Below are positions 28,650-38,883 of a stretch of DNA of 64,000 bases, one piece after another (position 1 is the first letter of the stretch; the number at the start of each line of letters is the position of its first letter). The notes under the pieces are model-generated. The model saw nothing but the letters and a program-made list of their open reading frames with translations, was not told where the DNA came from and searched no databases. The position numbers and the translations under genes are program-made. Source of the DNA: Candidatus Omnitrophota bacterium (GTDB taxonomy: Bacteria > Omnitrophota > Gorgyraeia > Gygaellales > Profunditerraquicolaceae); contig JAPLLS010000093.1 in assembly GCA_026387435.1 (NCBI GenBank), positions 1,059 through 65,058 of the forward strand, read 5' to 3'.

Positions 28650-29548
28650 TGAATGATCTTAAAGGGTTTCTGCGCATAATCACGGCACTTGTGTTTCTTC
28701 TGGCAGCCTTTGGCTGCCAGAAAAAAGAGATCATTGCCATCAAGGATTCTGCCAGCGAAGCGATCCCGGTCAAGGTAGTCACGGTTAAATCCGGGACTAT
28801 GCAGGAATTCATCGATTATGTGGCTAATGTCAAGGCCCAGGAAGAGACCCAGGTTTTTCCCAAGGTAACCGGAAAGATCGTTGAAAAAGTTAAACAGGAA
28901 GGTGACCCGGTGGTCAAAGGGGAAACTATCGCTTTGGTCGACCGCGACGAAACCGGCTTGAAATTCGCACAAGCCGCGGTGGAGAGCCCGCTCTCCGGAG
29001 TGGTGGCTAGGGTGCTGGTGGATATCGGAGCCAACGTTTCGCCGCAGACCCCGGTGGCCCTGGTCGTGGACATGGAAAAAGTAAAAGTCTTTCTGGATGT
29101 TCCGGAGAAATACCTGCCGAGCATATCCGTAGGGATGAGCGCCACCGTCGGTGTTGAGGCTTACCCGGATGAGACATTTACCGGGACTATCGTACGTATC
29201 AGTCCGATCGTGGACATCGCGACCCGCACCTGCCCGGTGGAGATCGCTATAGATAATAAAGAACATAAATTGCGTTCCGGGATGTACGCCAAGGTTAAGG
29301 TGGTTACCAGGGAATATAAAGACGCTATAGTATTGCTCAAAGAAGCGGTATTGGGCCGGGAACCGCAGCAATATGTTTACGTGATCAAGGATCAGAAGGC
29401 CAAATTGCGCGAGGTCAAGACCGGGGTGCGCCAGGGGCCATATCTGCAGATTGTTGAAGGCCTGACGTTGGGGGATAAAGTGGTGGTCATGGGCCAGCAG
29501 CGCCTGCGTGAAGGCGCCGCGGTATTAGTCGAGGAGAACGGCGAATAG
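28649..29548 (+). CDS. RND efflux periplasmic adaptor
   Basis: Lipobox AFGC, EGDPVVKG, SPLSGVV, LRSGMYA, EGLTLGDKVV. Confidence 0.92.
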   Translation: MNDLKGFLRIITALVFLLAAFGCQKKEIIAIKDSASEAIPVKVVTVKSGTMQEFIDYVANVKAQEETQVFPKVTGKIVEKVKQEGDPVVKGETIALVDRDETGLKFAQAAVESPLSGVVARVLVDIGANVSPQTPVALVVDMEKVKVFLDVPEKYLPSISVGMSATVGVEAYPDETFTGTIVRISPIVDIATRTCPVEIAIDNKEHKLRSGMYAKVKVVTREYKDAIVLLKEAVLGREPQQYVYVIKDQKAKLREVKTGVRQGPYLQIVEGLTLGDKVVVMGQQRLREGAAVLVEENGE

Positions 29549-29566
29549 CCGGGGAGGAATCATAAA

Positions 29567-32500
29567 ATGAGTCTTGCGGAATTCGGCGTTAGGAAGCCGG
29601 TAACTAACCTGATGATATTTTTAGCGCTGATCATTGTGTCTCTTTACGCTATGACCCGGCTCGGTGTGGATATGATGCCTACGATCGAGTCCCCGGCCAT
29701 ATCGGTGATCACTTCTTATCCCGGCGCCAGCCCCGAGGATGTGGAGATCAAGGTTACCGAGCCGCTGGAGAACCAATTGGCGATCACTCCGGGTTTAGAT
29801 AAGATCACTTCCACTTCATCGGAGGGGATGTCCGCGGTCACCCTGCTTTTTAAGTGGGGGATTAATGTGGACGCGGCCTCTAATGACGTCCGTGACCGGA
29901 TCGACCAGGCTAAACCATCCCTTCCGGATATTCCCGATGAGATTTCTACTCCTTTCTTATGGAAATTCAATACCGCGAACATGCCGATCTTAGTTTATGG
30001 ATTTAAGGCCGGACGCAGCTATCCTGAGCTCTATGATCTTATCGACCGGCGTATTTGTGATCCTTTAAAGCAGCTTGCCGGAGTTGGCACCGTGCAGTTA
30101 AACGGCGGGTTGGAACGCCAGATCAATGTCTGGCTGGACCGCCAGAAGCTGGAAGGTTATGGTTTTGCCACCTCAGATATACTGCTTGCTTTAGAGAGAG
30201 AGAACGTTACCCTGCCCGTAGGTAACCTTAAAACCGGCTTAACCGATTATCTACTGCGTTTGCCCGGAGAATTCGCCACTCCCGAAGAGATTAACTCGGT
30301 GATCCTGGGTACCCGCAGCGGAAAAGTGGTATATTTGCGCGACGTGGCCCGGATCGAGGACGCTTTCAAAGAGATCTCTACGCTCGTGCGCATTGACCGT
30401 AAACGCGGCTTGACTATGATGGTCCAGAAACAGACCGGTACCAATACTGTTGAAGTAGCCGCCAGGGTGCAAAAGAGATTTCAGGAATTGATGAAGACTT
30501 TACCGTCCGATATTCAGGCGGAAATAGTTTTTGATACCTCCGAAGACATTATTTTAGCTTTAAAATCGCTGAGTAATTCCCTGTGGCTGGCGATCTTACT
30601 GGTAATTTTGGTGGTCTGGTTCTTCCTGCGGCAATTCCTGCCGAGCTTAGTCATCGCTCTGACAATTCCGTTCTCTTTATTGATCACGTTTTTGTATCTT
30701 TTCTTAAGCGGTAGGACCATTAATGTCGTCAGTCTTTCTTCCATCGCCATTGCTTCCGGGATGGTGGTGGACAACGCCATAGTTGTCGTGGATAATATCT
30801 TCCGTTATCTTTCCCGCGGCCAGCGCGCGACCGAAGCTTCTATATTTGGCACCTCAGAAATGTTCTTATCCATCGCCGCGTCTACGCTTACCACTATCGT
30901 AGTATTTCTTCCGATGTTTTTTATTACCGGCGTGGTGGGGGTGATGTTCTCGGAATTAGCGGCGATCATTAGCGCGACCCTCTTGGCGTCGTTGTTTACC
31001 GCCGCGACTTTCAGCCCCATGCTTTGTTCGAAATGGCTTAAGCCGGTAACGGCTTCTTCCACCGACAAGAAAAAGGGGATATTTAGCGGGATTTATAACG
31101 CTATCGAGAAGATCATCGTCGGCTGGGAAAGTATTTATGAAAAGTCTCTGGGTTGGTGCTTAGGCCATAAAAAGCTGGTGCTAATTGCTTTTACCGGAGT
31201 TTTCTTTTTCACTCTGATGCTTACCAGGTTCGTTGGAAATGAATTCATCCCCCAGGAAGATACCGGTGACCTGCAGGTTTCGATCAGGCTTCCGGTAGGG
31301 ACCCGGATGGAAGAATCGGATAAGGTGGCCAAGAAGATCGAGGACATTTTTGACTCGGTAAAAGAAAAGAAATTCAGCTACGTGCGCAGCGGCCAGGTCC
31401 AGGGTATCGGCCGGGTGACCGGCCAGGCCTCGGGATCGCATGTGATTTATTCCGGGCTAAGGTTGGTGCCTAAGACCGAGCGTAAAAGATCGGATAAGGC
31501 AGTTGGTCAGAATATCCGTGAACAGGTGCGTAAAATTCCTGGCGTCGAAAAAGTTGATGTTTCCACCGGAAGTATGGTTAACCGTTTGATACTCGGAGGT
31601 AGCGGAAAGTCTATTCAAATTGAGATTATCGGAAATTCTTTTGAGGATACGAATATGCTCGCGGAAAAGATCAAGAAGATAGTCGAGTCGGTTCCCGGAG
31701 CGGTGGACGCGGCGATCTCCCGCGACGCCAGCCGTCCGGAGATCCGTATTGCGGTGGATCGGGAGCGCGCGGCCAGCCTCGGTTTGAACATGGAGGCGGT
31801 AGCCAGGAGCATCAAGACTTTCATTGAAGGAAGCAGCGCCTCCAAGTACCGGGAAAAAGGCCGGACCTATGATATTTACGTGCGGCTGCAAGAATCTTCC
31901 CGGACCCGGCTGGAAGATGTGGAGAACCTGACCCTGGTTTCTCCGCTGACCGGCAAACAAATCAAGCTCTCCAGTTTTGCCAAGATCTACGAGACCACCG
32001 GACCGCTTTCGATCGAGCGCAAGAATCGCGAGAGGGTGGTTAAGGTGGAAGCCAATACTCTTAACCGCTCCAGCGGTAAGATCGTCGAGGATATCAAAAA
32101 GGAAATGGCCAAGCTGGCCATTCCTTCGGATATGATCATCAATTTCGGCGGAGAAGCGGAAGAACAGGGGAAGGCTTTTGCTGACATGGCTATGTTGTTG
32201 TCTTTAGGCGTAGTCCTGGTGTATATGGTTATCGCCGCGCAGTTCGAGTCGCTCCTGGATCCTTTTATCATCATGTTTTCCATTCCTTTCACTTTTACCG
32301 GAGTGATCTGGGCATTAGCTGCGACCGGGATGACCCTCAACGTTATGTCGTTCTTAGGCACGGTCATGCTCATGGGGATCGTGGTGAACAACGCTATCGT
32401 GCTGATAAGCTATATCAATATCCTGCGGGCTAGGGGAAATTCGCTCTATGACGCGGTAACTAAAGGCGGAAAAGACCGCTTGCGCCCGGTACTCATGACT

Positions 32501-32716
32501 ACGATCACCACCCTAGTCGGCTTGTTGCCGCTGGCCATTTCCCGGGGCGAAGGTTCGGAACAATGGCAGCCGATCGGCATCTGTATGGTGGGAGGACTTA
32601 CCGTATCCACTTTTATTACTATGCTTTTTGTGCCGACATTATACTCGGTATTTCACCGTAAATCAGCCGGTCAGGTAAAAGTGAGGAAATGCGATATTCC
32701 CGCGGAGGTTAAATAA
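29567..32716 (+). CDS. RND efflux permease (AcrB family)
   Basis: YPGASPEDVE, GMVVDNAIVV, GIVVNNAIVL, RLRPVLMTT. Confidence 0.95.
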   Translation: MSLAEFGVRKPVTNLMIFLALIIVSLYAMTRLGVDMMPTIESPAISVITSYPGASPEDVEIKVTEPLENQLAITPGLDKITSTSSEGMSAVTLLFKWGINVDAASNDVRDRIDQAKPSLPDIPDEISTPFLWKFNTANMPILVYGFKAGRSYPELYDLIDRRICDPLKQLAGVGTVQLNGGLERQINVWLDRQKLEGYGFATSDILLALERENVTLPVGNLKTGLTDYLLRLPGEFATPEEINSVILGTRSGKVVYLRDVARIEDAFKEISTLVRIDRKRGLTMMVQKQTGTNTVEVAARVQKRFQELMKTLPSDIQAEIVFDTSEDIILALKSLSNSLWLAILLVILVVWFFLRQFLPSLVIALTIPFSLLITFLYLFLSGRTINVVSLSSIAIASGMVVDNAIVVVDNIFRYLSRGQRATEASIFGTSEMFLSIAASTLTTIVVFLPMFFITGVVGVMFSELAAIISATLLASLFTAATFSPMLCSKWLKPVTASSTDKKKGIFSGIYNAIEKIIVGWESIYEKSLGWCLGHKKLVLIAFTGVFFFTLMLTRFVGNEFIPQEDTGDLQVSIRLPVGTRMEESDKVAKKIEDIFDSVKEKKFSYVRSGQVQGIGRVTGQASGSHVIYSGLRLVPKTERKRSDKAVGQNIREQVRKIPGVEKVDVSTGSMVNRLILGGSGKSIQIEIIGNSFEDTNMLAEKIKKIVESVPGAVDAAISRDASRPEIRIAVDRERAASLGLNMEAVARSIKTFIEGSSASKYREKGRTYDIYVRLQESSRTRLEDVENLTLVSPLTGKQIKLSSFAKIYETTGPLSIERKNRERVVKVEANTLNRSSGKIVEDIKKEMAKLAIPSDMIINFGGEAEEQGKAFADMAMLLSLGVVLVYMVIAAQFESLLDPFIIMFSIPFTFTGVIWALAATGMTLNVMSFLGTVMLMGIVVNNAIVLISYINILRARGNSLYDAVTKGGKDRLRPVLMTTITTLVGLLPLAISRGEGSEQWQPIGICMVGGLTVSTFITMLFVPTLYSVFHRKSAGQVKVRKCDIPAEVK

Positions 32717-33015
32717 TGACCAATAAAATGGTGATGATTTCTTTTAATGAAGCGATTGACTTCGAAGTAATGGAAGTCCTGGAGCAATCCTGCGCCTTGA
32801 ATAATTATACAAAGATCCCGGGAGTGTTTGGCAAAGGCAGTTCTTCGGGCACCCATATGGGAGACGACATCTGGCCTGGACGGAATAATCTTCTTTTTAT
32901 CTGCTGTTCTGAAAAAGAAGCCCAGGCCTTGATGTCCAGCGTTAAACAACTGCGGACGAAACTCGGTAAAGAAGGTGTCAAGGCATTTGTCCTTCCAGTA
33001 GAAGCGATCACCTGA
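32716..33015 (+). CDS. PG0541-family transporter-associated PII-like protein
   Basis: NYTKIPGVFGKG..GTHMGDDIWPG.N, KAFVLPVE; typical position after an RND permease. Confidence 0.7.
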   Translation: MTNKMVMISFNEAIDFEVMEVLEQSCALNNYTKIPGVFGKGSSSGTHMGDDIWPGRNNLLFICCSEKEAQALMSSVKQLRTKLGKEGVKAFVLPVEAIT

Positions 33016-34010
33016 TGCTTAAGATCGGCAGCCTCAAGCTTCAATCCAACCTGATCCTTGCTCCGATGGCCGGAGTAAGTGACCTGCCTTTTCGAAAGCT
33101 CAATCATAAATTCGGCTGTGAGCTGGCTTTTGTGGAGATGATCAATGCCCGCTGTCTTGGTCATAAGAGCAAGAAGACTGCGGAGATCCTTCGCACGGAT
33201 AAGATCGACAAGCCCCTTGGTATGCAGCTTCTGGGCTGCGAGCCGGCGTATATTGAGCGGGCCATGGATGTCTTAGTTAAATATAACTTCGATCTTTTGG
33301 ATTTCAACGCGGCCTGCCCGGAAAGAAAAGTGACCCGCAGGGGAGAAGGAGCTAGTTTATTGCAGGAGCCGGGAAAACTGGCTAAACTTTTAAAGATCGT
33401 GGTAAAAAGATCTTCGGTTCCGGTGACAGTTAAGATCCGTACCGGCTATGATAAGGACTGCATTAATGCTCCGGAAGTCGCCCAATATGCCCAGGATGCC
33501 GGGGTAAAAGCGATATTCATTCACGGCCGGACCAAGCAGCAGTTATATTCCGGAGCCGTGGATTATGAAACGATCCGCAAAGTTAAGAAAGCGGTAAACG
33601 TGCCGGTCATCGGCTCCGGTGATGTTTTTTCCGGGGAACTGGCCAAGAAGCTGTTCGATGGTACCGGTTGCGATGGGATCACGGTGGCCCGTGGAGCTTT
33701 AGGTAATCCCTGGATCTTCGAAGAAATCCGGCATTATCTGAAAACCGGCCAGGAGCTCCCTAAGCCGGGGATGGAAGAAATAATCCGGACCATGCTTGAA
33801 CACCTGGATTTTTCGGTTGATTTTTTCGGGCCTAAATACGGTGTAGTGATTTTTCGTAAATTCTTCGGATGGTATACCAAGGGTTTCCGCAAGATCCGGC
33901 CGCTGCGCGAAACCATCAGCCGCCTGAAAACCCGCAAAGACGTTGAAGAAGTAATAAACCAGATCTGCCTTATCCGTTATCCCCGACAACCCGGCACATC
34001 AGTTAAATAA
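33015..34010 (+). CDS. dusB: tRNA-dihydrouridine synthase
   Basis: LAPMAGVSD, FNAACP, GEGASL, TVKIR, IHGRT, ARGALGNPW. Confidence 0.9.
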   Translation: MLKIGSLKLQSNLILAPMAGVSDLPFRKLNHKFGCELAFVEMINARCLGHKSKKTAEILRTDKIDKPLGMQLLGCEPAYIERAMDVLVKYNFDLLDFNAACPERKVTRRGEGASLLQEPGKLAKLLKIVVKRSSVPVTVKIRTGYDKDCINAPEVAQYAQDAGVKAIFIHGRTKQQLYSGAVDYETIRKVKKAVNVPVIGSGDVFSGELAKKLFDGTGCDGITVARGALGNPWIFEEIRHYLKTGQELPKPGMEEIIRTMLEHLDFSVDFFGPKYGVVIFRKFFGWYTKGFRKIRPLRETISRLKTRKDVEEVINQICLIRYPRQPGTSVK

Positions 34011-34019
34011 AACTAAAGG

Positions 34020-34544
34020 CTATTGAGGCTGTTTCGAGTAGAGCCCGATTAATTCCGCACTGGCCAAAATATGCCCATGCATGGCCTTTTCCAATTCTTC
34101 TTTTGTCGGCGGGCTTTTAAATTCCAGTTGGCTGTTTAAAGCATAGATTTTAAAATAATACCGGTGAACGCCTGAACGGGGGCAGGGTCCGACGTATAAG
34201 CCTTTTTCACTGGCGTCGGTTTTTCCGGGTTTGCCCGGAAGGCTGTCTGGCGCGATGGTTCTTTTCGGGGGTATATTGTAACGTACCCAGTGCACATAGA
34301 TTCCTTGAGGAACGTCGGGGTCTTCCATGATCAGAGCCATGCTTTTTGTTTTTTCCGGAATACAGGCAAATTTTAAGGGTGGATTTATATTGCGGCCTTC
34401 ACATGTATATTCCGGGGGGATCAACTCGCCCGATCTAAACACTATGGAAGTAATTGTGAACTTTCTGGTCCGGTATTGGGCCGAACTTAAAGCCGGAAAC
34501 AAAGACAGTAACAATGCAGCGATTATCAGCGATCGCTTGGCCAT
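34020..34544 (-). CDS. YbhB/YbcL (PEBP, Raf kinase inhibitor-like) protein, secreted
   Basis: Signal peptide; YTCEG.NINPPL, MEDPD, YVHW, YVGPCP, HRYYFKIYAL. Confidence 0.92.
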   Translation of the reverse strand: MAKRSLIIAALLLSLFPALSSAQYRTRKFTITSIVFRSGELIPPEYTCEGRNINPPLKFACIPEKTKSMALIMEDPDVPQGIYVHWVRYNIPPKRTIAPDSLPGKPGKTDASEKGLYVGPCPRSGVHRYYFKIYALNSQLEFKSPPTKEELEKAMHGHILASAELIGLYSKQPQ

Positions 34545-34552
34545 AAAACCTC

Positions 34553-34732
34553 CTATTTGATCATGTAAATTATGAAGCTGAACAATGCTATTAATATGAT
34601 GATCAGGAAAATTATTCTTGATTTAGGGAAATGCTTGCCTGGACGGTTAAGGCTTTCCCCGCAGAAAAGGCACAAGATGGCTTCGTCGTCATAGATCGGG
34701 TTCTTGCAATGCGGGCAGAGATATTCACTCAT
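34553..34732 (-). CDS. Small zinc-ribbon membrane protein (59 aa, not in ORF track)
   Basis: MSEYLCPHCKNPIYDDEAILCLFCGESL...IIFLIIILIALFSFIIYMIK; CxxC-x11-CxxC plus TM helix; the stop TAG overlaps the GGAGG RBS of the ybhB-like gene. Confidence 0.75.
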   Translation of the reverse strand: MSEYLCPHCKNPIYDDEAILCLFCGESLNRPGKHFPKSRIIFLIIILIALFSFIIYMIK

Positions 34733-34738
34733 GGCGTT

Positions 34739-34768
34739 ATTCTACCGCGTTTAGGAGGAAGCTGTCAA
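34739..34768 (-). promoter_or_regulatory. sigma70-type promoter (leaderless transcript)
   Basis: TTGACA-18bp-TAGAAT, 6 nt before ATG 34732. Confidence 0.6.
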
Positions 34769-34834
34769 GAGTCCAGATTTTGCGGTCCCTGTCGCGGGCC
34801 TCAAGAAATTTTGCCAGGAGCCGGGATTATTTGG

Positions 34835-34922
34835 TATAATAATGTTTGGAAAAAATCTTTCCCCCTCGCGCTATCCGCGCTCGGGGTCAATTTTTTCTTC
34901 TATAATAATGTTTGGAAAAAAT
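34835..34922. repeat. Palindromic ~65-bp tandem unit, copy A
   Basis: 22-bp direct repeat TATAATAATGTTTGGAAAAAAT (34835, 34901) around CCCC-TC-GCGC-TATCC-GCGC-TC-GGGG; homologous to 39429-39570. Confidence 0.75.
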
Positions 34923-34935
34923 TGAGGAGGTGGTT

Positions 34936-35190
34936 ATGAGCAAAACTTTGTTGGTGATTCTTATGCGGACGAGGCGTTCATCGGCAGTAAAGGTCCAGAA
35001 AGTGCTTACGGATTTCGGCTGCATGATCAAGACCCGGCTGGGAATTCATGACGGAGTGCTGGATAAATGTTCGGACACGGGATTGGTCATCCTCGAGCTG
35101 GTGGGTTCTAAAGCCGATAGATCAAGCTTGAATAAGAAGCTAAAAGCGATTTCCGGAGTAAAAACCAAATTGGTCGGGATTTCACTGTGA
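34936..35190 (+). CDS. Small ACT-like protein (TM1266/iron-only hydrogenase regulator-like)
   Basis: AVKVQKVLTDFGCMIKTRLGIH, GLVILEL, ISGVKTK; GAGGAGG RBS before ATG 34936. Confidence 0.6.
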   Translation: MSKTLLVILMRTRRSSAVKVQKVLTDFGCMIKTRLGIHDGVLDKCSDTGLVILELVGSKADRSSLNKKLKAISGVKTKLVGISL

Positions 35191-35825
35191 AACCTGCAAA
35201 AGAAAATATAATTAAACGGCGGATAATTGCCATAGGAAAGAAATTAATTGATTGCCGGCTGGTGACGGCCAGGGCTGGGAATTTAAGCGCCCGGCTTGAC
35301 GCCAAAAGCATTCTGATCACTGTTACCGGCAGCGAATTGGGTAACTTAAAATACAGCGACATCGTAAAAGTTTCGCTGGAAAACGGGGTTTTGGCCAAGA
35401 CTAAGAGAAAGCCAAGTTCCGAATTGCCGGCGCACGGCTCGATTTATAAAAATTTCCCCTGCCAGGTGGTTATCCATTGTCATCCTCCTTTGACCAACGC
35501 TTATTTCGCCGTCTTGCCAAGATTAAAGGTGCTGACTTTTGAGACGAGGTTCTATTTGAAAGAAGTCCCGGTGGTCGCACAAAAAAGCCTTAACGTTACC
35601 CGGGTGGATAAGTTGATCGCAGCGCTGCGGAAGAACAAAATCGCCGTTGTCAAGAATCACGGAGTTTTTTCGATAGCCGATACTTTTTCTCAGGCTTTAG
35701 GCCCGATCTTGATCCTTGAGGAAGCGATAAAAGTTGCGGCGATCGCGCGATTGTTCAAGAAGAAGGCTCTCGACAAGATCGACCGGCAAATAAAAAAGTG
35801 CCTTTTAAACCCAAAAGCAGGCTAA
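35187..35825 (+). CDS. Class II aldolase/adducin family protein
   Basis: GNLSAR, PSSELPAH, IHCHP, KNHGV. Confidence 0.9.
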   Translation: MKPAKENIIKRRIIAIGKKLIDCRLVTARAGNLSARLDAKSILITVTGSELGNLKYSDIVKVSLENGVLAKTKRKPSSELPAHGSIYKNFPCQVVIHCHPPLTNAYFAVLPRLKVLTFETRFYLKEVPVVAQKSLNVTRVDKLIAALRKNKIAVVKNHGVFSIADTFSQALGPILILEEAIKVAAIARLFKKKALDKIDRQIKKCLLNPKAG

Positions 35826-35831
35826 GAGATC

Positions 35832-37118
35832 ATGCAAAGACACGCGATTAAAAAAAGCCTGAGAGTCTCTTTTTGGGACGGGGTGTTTGCCGCCGCCATG
35901 ACCGGTTTGACCGCGGAATATTTTACCCCATACGCTCTGGCCTTAAAGGCCAGCGTCTCCCAGATCGGGCTCCTGACCGCATTGCCCAGTTTAGCCGGTT
36001 CTTTCTCCCAGCTTAAATCCGCAGATATCACCGAAAGCGTCGGCAGCAGGAGAAAAGTGATTTGTTTTCTTGTTTTCCTGCAGGCCCTGGTGCTTTTACC
36101 TGTAGTTTTTGTCCCCCATCTTTTCAAGAATTGGGCCGTGGGATCTTTGATTGTCCTGGTTTCCCTGTTCAACGTTTTCGGGGCTTTTTCTCTGCCGGTA
36201 TGGCAGAGTTTGATGACCGATTACCTGCCGTATAATAAAAGAGGCAGGTATTTCGGCTGGAGAAACAAGGTCTTGGGCGGGGTTACGATAATCAGCCTTT
36301 TTGGCGCGGGCATGACCTTGAATTTTTTTAAAAGTAATATTCTCCTGGGATTCCTGATAATCTTTAGCCTGGCCTGTTTATGCCGTTTTATCTGCGTGTA
36401 TTTTCTGGCTCAAATGTACGAATCCAGGCAACACCTTAAAAAAGAAGCCTACTTCAGCTTTTGGGATTTCCTTAAACGCGCCCGGGAGTCAAATTTTGCC
36501 AGATTCGTTATTTTTAACTCGGCTTTTATCTTTTGTGTATACCTGGCTTCCCCGTTTTTTTCGGTGCTTATGCTCAAGGACCTCAAGTTTAATTATTTTA
36601 CCTATACGGTTTTGATCTCTACCGTGAGTATCGCCGCCATTTTCACTATCGACCGCTGGGGTAGAAGCGCGGACAGGATCGGAAGCATCAAGGTTTTGAG
36701 GGTGAGCTCTCTTTTGATCGCCAGCCTTCCTTTTTGGTGGATCTTGAACCAGCACCCGGTTTACCTGATTTTTGCCCAGGTGCTTTCGGGAATAGCCTGG
36801 GCGGGTTTTAATCTTTGCAGCGTTAATTTCATTTATGACGCGGTAACCCCGGCCAAAAGGACGCGCTGTATCGCTTATTTCTATTTTTTTAACGGCCTGG
36901 CAATTTGCCTGGGTTCGTTTGTCGGCGGGTTGCTGGCCAATCGCCTGCCGAATGTTTTTGGTTACCGGCTGTTCAGCCTTTTTTTCATTGCCGGAACGTT
37001 AAGGTTTATTGTGGCTCTGACCCTTCCCCGGAGGATCAAAGAGGTAAGGCCGGTGGAAAAGATATCCAGCAAAGATTTGTTTCTGCGCATAGTCGGCCTG
37101 AGGCCGAACCTGGAATAA
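35832..37118 (+). CDS. MFS transporter
   Basis: About 12 hydrophobic segments; RGRYFG and WGRSADRIG loop motifs. Confidence 0.88.
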   Translation: MQRHAIKKSLRVSFWDGVFAAAMTGLTAEYFTPYALALKASVSQIGLLTALPSLAGSFSQLKSADITESVGSRRKVICFLVFLQALVLLPVVFVPHLFKNWAVGSLIVLVSLFNVFGAFSLPVWQSLMTDYLPYNKRGRYFGWRNKVLGGVTIISLFGAGMTLNFFKSNILLGFLIIFSLACLCRFICVYFLAQMYESRQHLKKEAYFSFWDFLKRARESNFARFVIFNSAFIFCVYLASPFFSVLMLKDLKFNYFTYTVLISTVSIAAIFTIDRWGRSADRIGSIKVLRVSSLLIASLPFWWILNQHPVYLIFAQVLSGIAWAGFNLCSVNFIYDAVTPAKRTRCIAYFYFFNGLAICLGSFVGGLLANRLPNVFGYRLFSLFFIAGTLRFIVALTLPRRIKEVRPVEKISSKDLFLRIVGLRPNLE

Positions 37119-37119
37119 A

Positions 37120-38148
37120 ATGAAAGAAAATATCAAACAATTATCCCTGGAAGAATTAACTGGTGTTTTGGCTTCCTGGAAAGAGCCGGCTTTTCGGGCC
37201 GGGCAGATTTTTTCCTGGATTTACCAGAAGGGCGCCGATGATTTCGCCGGAATGAGCAATCTTCCCCAGCCGCTGCGTCGGCGGCTTGGGGAGAATTTTT
37301 GTCTTTCCGGCCTGGAACTGGCCAGTTTCAGGGAATCGCTCGATGGCACTAAAAAATTTTTGTTCAAACTTCCTGACGGCAAGTTCATCGAAGCTGTAAA
37401 TATCCCCGCGCAAAATAGAGCGACCGGTTGTATTTCCAGCCAGGCCGGCTGCAAATTCGCCTGCGCTTTCTGCGCCAGCGGAGCGCTGGGGTTTAAGAGA
37501 AATCTTTCCAGCGCCGAGATCCTGGATCAGGTTTTATATTTAAAGAACGATTCTTCCCAGGCTTTGACCCATATAGTTTTCATGGGGACCGGCGAGCCGC
37601 TGGATAACTACGATAATGTCCTGAAAGCCGTGCGGATCATGAACTCGGATTGGGCTTTTAATATCGGAGCCCGCAGGATCACTATTTCCACCTGCGGCCT
37701 GGTCCCGGCCATAGCCAGGCTTGCTGAAGAAGGGCTGCAGATCGAGCTTTCCGTGTCGCTGCACGCCGCCGATGACAAGGTCAGGGATGCTTTGATGCCG
37801 GTAAATAAACGTTATCCGATTAAAGAATTGATCGATAGCTGCCGAAAATATATTAATAGGACAAATCGTCAGGTTACTTTCGAGTATATCCTGGCCAGAG
37901 GGGTCAATTCGGATTTGCCAAACGCCGGAAAATTGAGTAAAATATTAGCAGGGTTGAATTGCAAAGTTAATCTGATACCAATAAATCCTCAAAAAGAAGA
38001 GGGGCTCCAGCCTCCTTCCAAACGGGATATCCTATTTTTCCGGGATGCGCTGGTAAAGTCAGGGGTGGCGGTGACCTTGCGCCGGCCGCGGGGCCAGGAT
38101 ATTGAGGCTGCCTGCGGACAACTAAGGCTTAGATATGAGAAAGATTAA
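37120..38148 (+). CDS. rlmN: 23S rRNA/tRNA m2A methyltransferase RlmN
   Basis: CISSQAGCKFACAFC, FMGTGEP, SVSLHA, FEYIL, GQDIEAACGQL. Confidence 0.95.
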   Translation: MKENIKQLSLEELTGVLASWKEPAFRAGQIFSWIYQKGADDFAGMSNLPQPLRRRLGENFCLSGLELASFRESLDGTKKFLFKLPDGKFIEAVNIPAQNRATGCISSQAGCKFACAFCASGALGFKRNLSSAEILDQVLYLKNDSSQALTHIVFMGTGEPLDNYDNVLKAVRIMNSDWAFNIGARRITISTCGLVPAIARLAEEGLQIELSVSLHAADDKVRDALMPVNKRYPIKELIDSCRKYINRTNRQVTFEYILARGVNSDLPNAGKLSKILAGLNCKVNLIPINPQKEEGLQPPSKRDILFFRDALVKSGVAVTLRRPRGQDIEAACGQLRLRYEKD

Positions 38149-38818
38149 AATTCCATCTATTGTTCTGGGGGTATCCTTGCTTGGTTTAATGATATTGCAT
38201 GCCGGATGCGTCAGGAGCGATATCGCTAATCTTGAATCCCGGGGTAAGAATATCGTTTGTTTCGGGGACAGTATTACCAGGGGCAAGGGGGTTAATCCTT
38301 CCGAAAGCTACCCAGCGGCGTTAGCTAAAATGACCAGTGTTCCAATAGTCAATGCAGGAATAAACGGCGACATTACTCCCGAAGCTTTGAAAAGGGTAAA
38401 GACCGATGTTCTGGACAACGATCCGTTTTTAGTAGTTATCGAATTTGGCGGCAACGATTATTTAAATAAAGTCCCCTTGGAAGAGACCATCAAAAATATC
38501 GAGGAGATGATCAAAATTATCCAGGCCCAAGGGGTAATGGTAGCAATAGTGGATATCAGCAACATTTTGTTTATGGAAGAATACCGCCAGGAATTCCAGC
38601 GGTTAAGCCATAAATACCGGACAATATTCATTCCCCGGATCCTGGATGACATAGTCTCCGACGAAAGCTTAAAAAGCGACGCTATCCATCCTAATGCCAA
38701 AGGCTACAAAATAATCGCTTACCGGGTTTACCGCGGGATTATCCCTTATATTAACCTTAATACGATCCGCCGTGGACTGCAAAAGAAGATCTTTGATTCT
38801 TCTAAAATTTTTCGGTAA
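38135..38818 (+). CDS. SGNH/GDSL hydrolase lipoprotein (arylesterase-like)
   Basis: Lipobox HAGC, FGDSIT, NAGING, GGND, DAIHPN. Confidence 0.9.
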   Translation: MRKIKIPSIVLGVSLLGLMILHAGCVRSDIANLESRGKNIVCFGDSITRGKGVNPSESYPAALAKMTSVPIVNAGINGDITPEALKRVKTDVLDNDPFLVVIEFGGNDYLNKVPLEETIKNIEEMIKIIQAQGVMVAIVDISNILFMEEYRQEFQRLSHKYRTIFIPRILDDIVSDESLKSDAIHPNAKGYKIIAYRVYRGIIPYINLNTIRRGLQKKIFDSSKIFR

Positions 38819-38883
38819 CAGTTCAAGCGCGGTTTAGCTTTAAAACAGGGGAGTTGTCTGATCGTTTTGGGGGGGTAAAAAAA

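Noticed and set aside
34835-34922. 22-bp direct repeat as a target-site duplication
   Set aside because: A similar flank accompanies the copy at 39545-39570, so it belongs to the repeat unit
34631-34939. 102-aa plus-strand ORF
   Set aside because: Overlaps the better supported minus-strand Zn-ribbon ORF, two promoters and the repeat; its WYNNVWKK/FYNNVWKK duplication just reflects the DNA repeat
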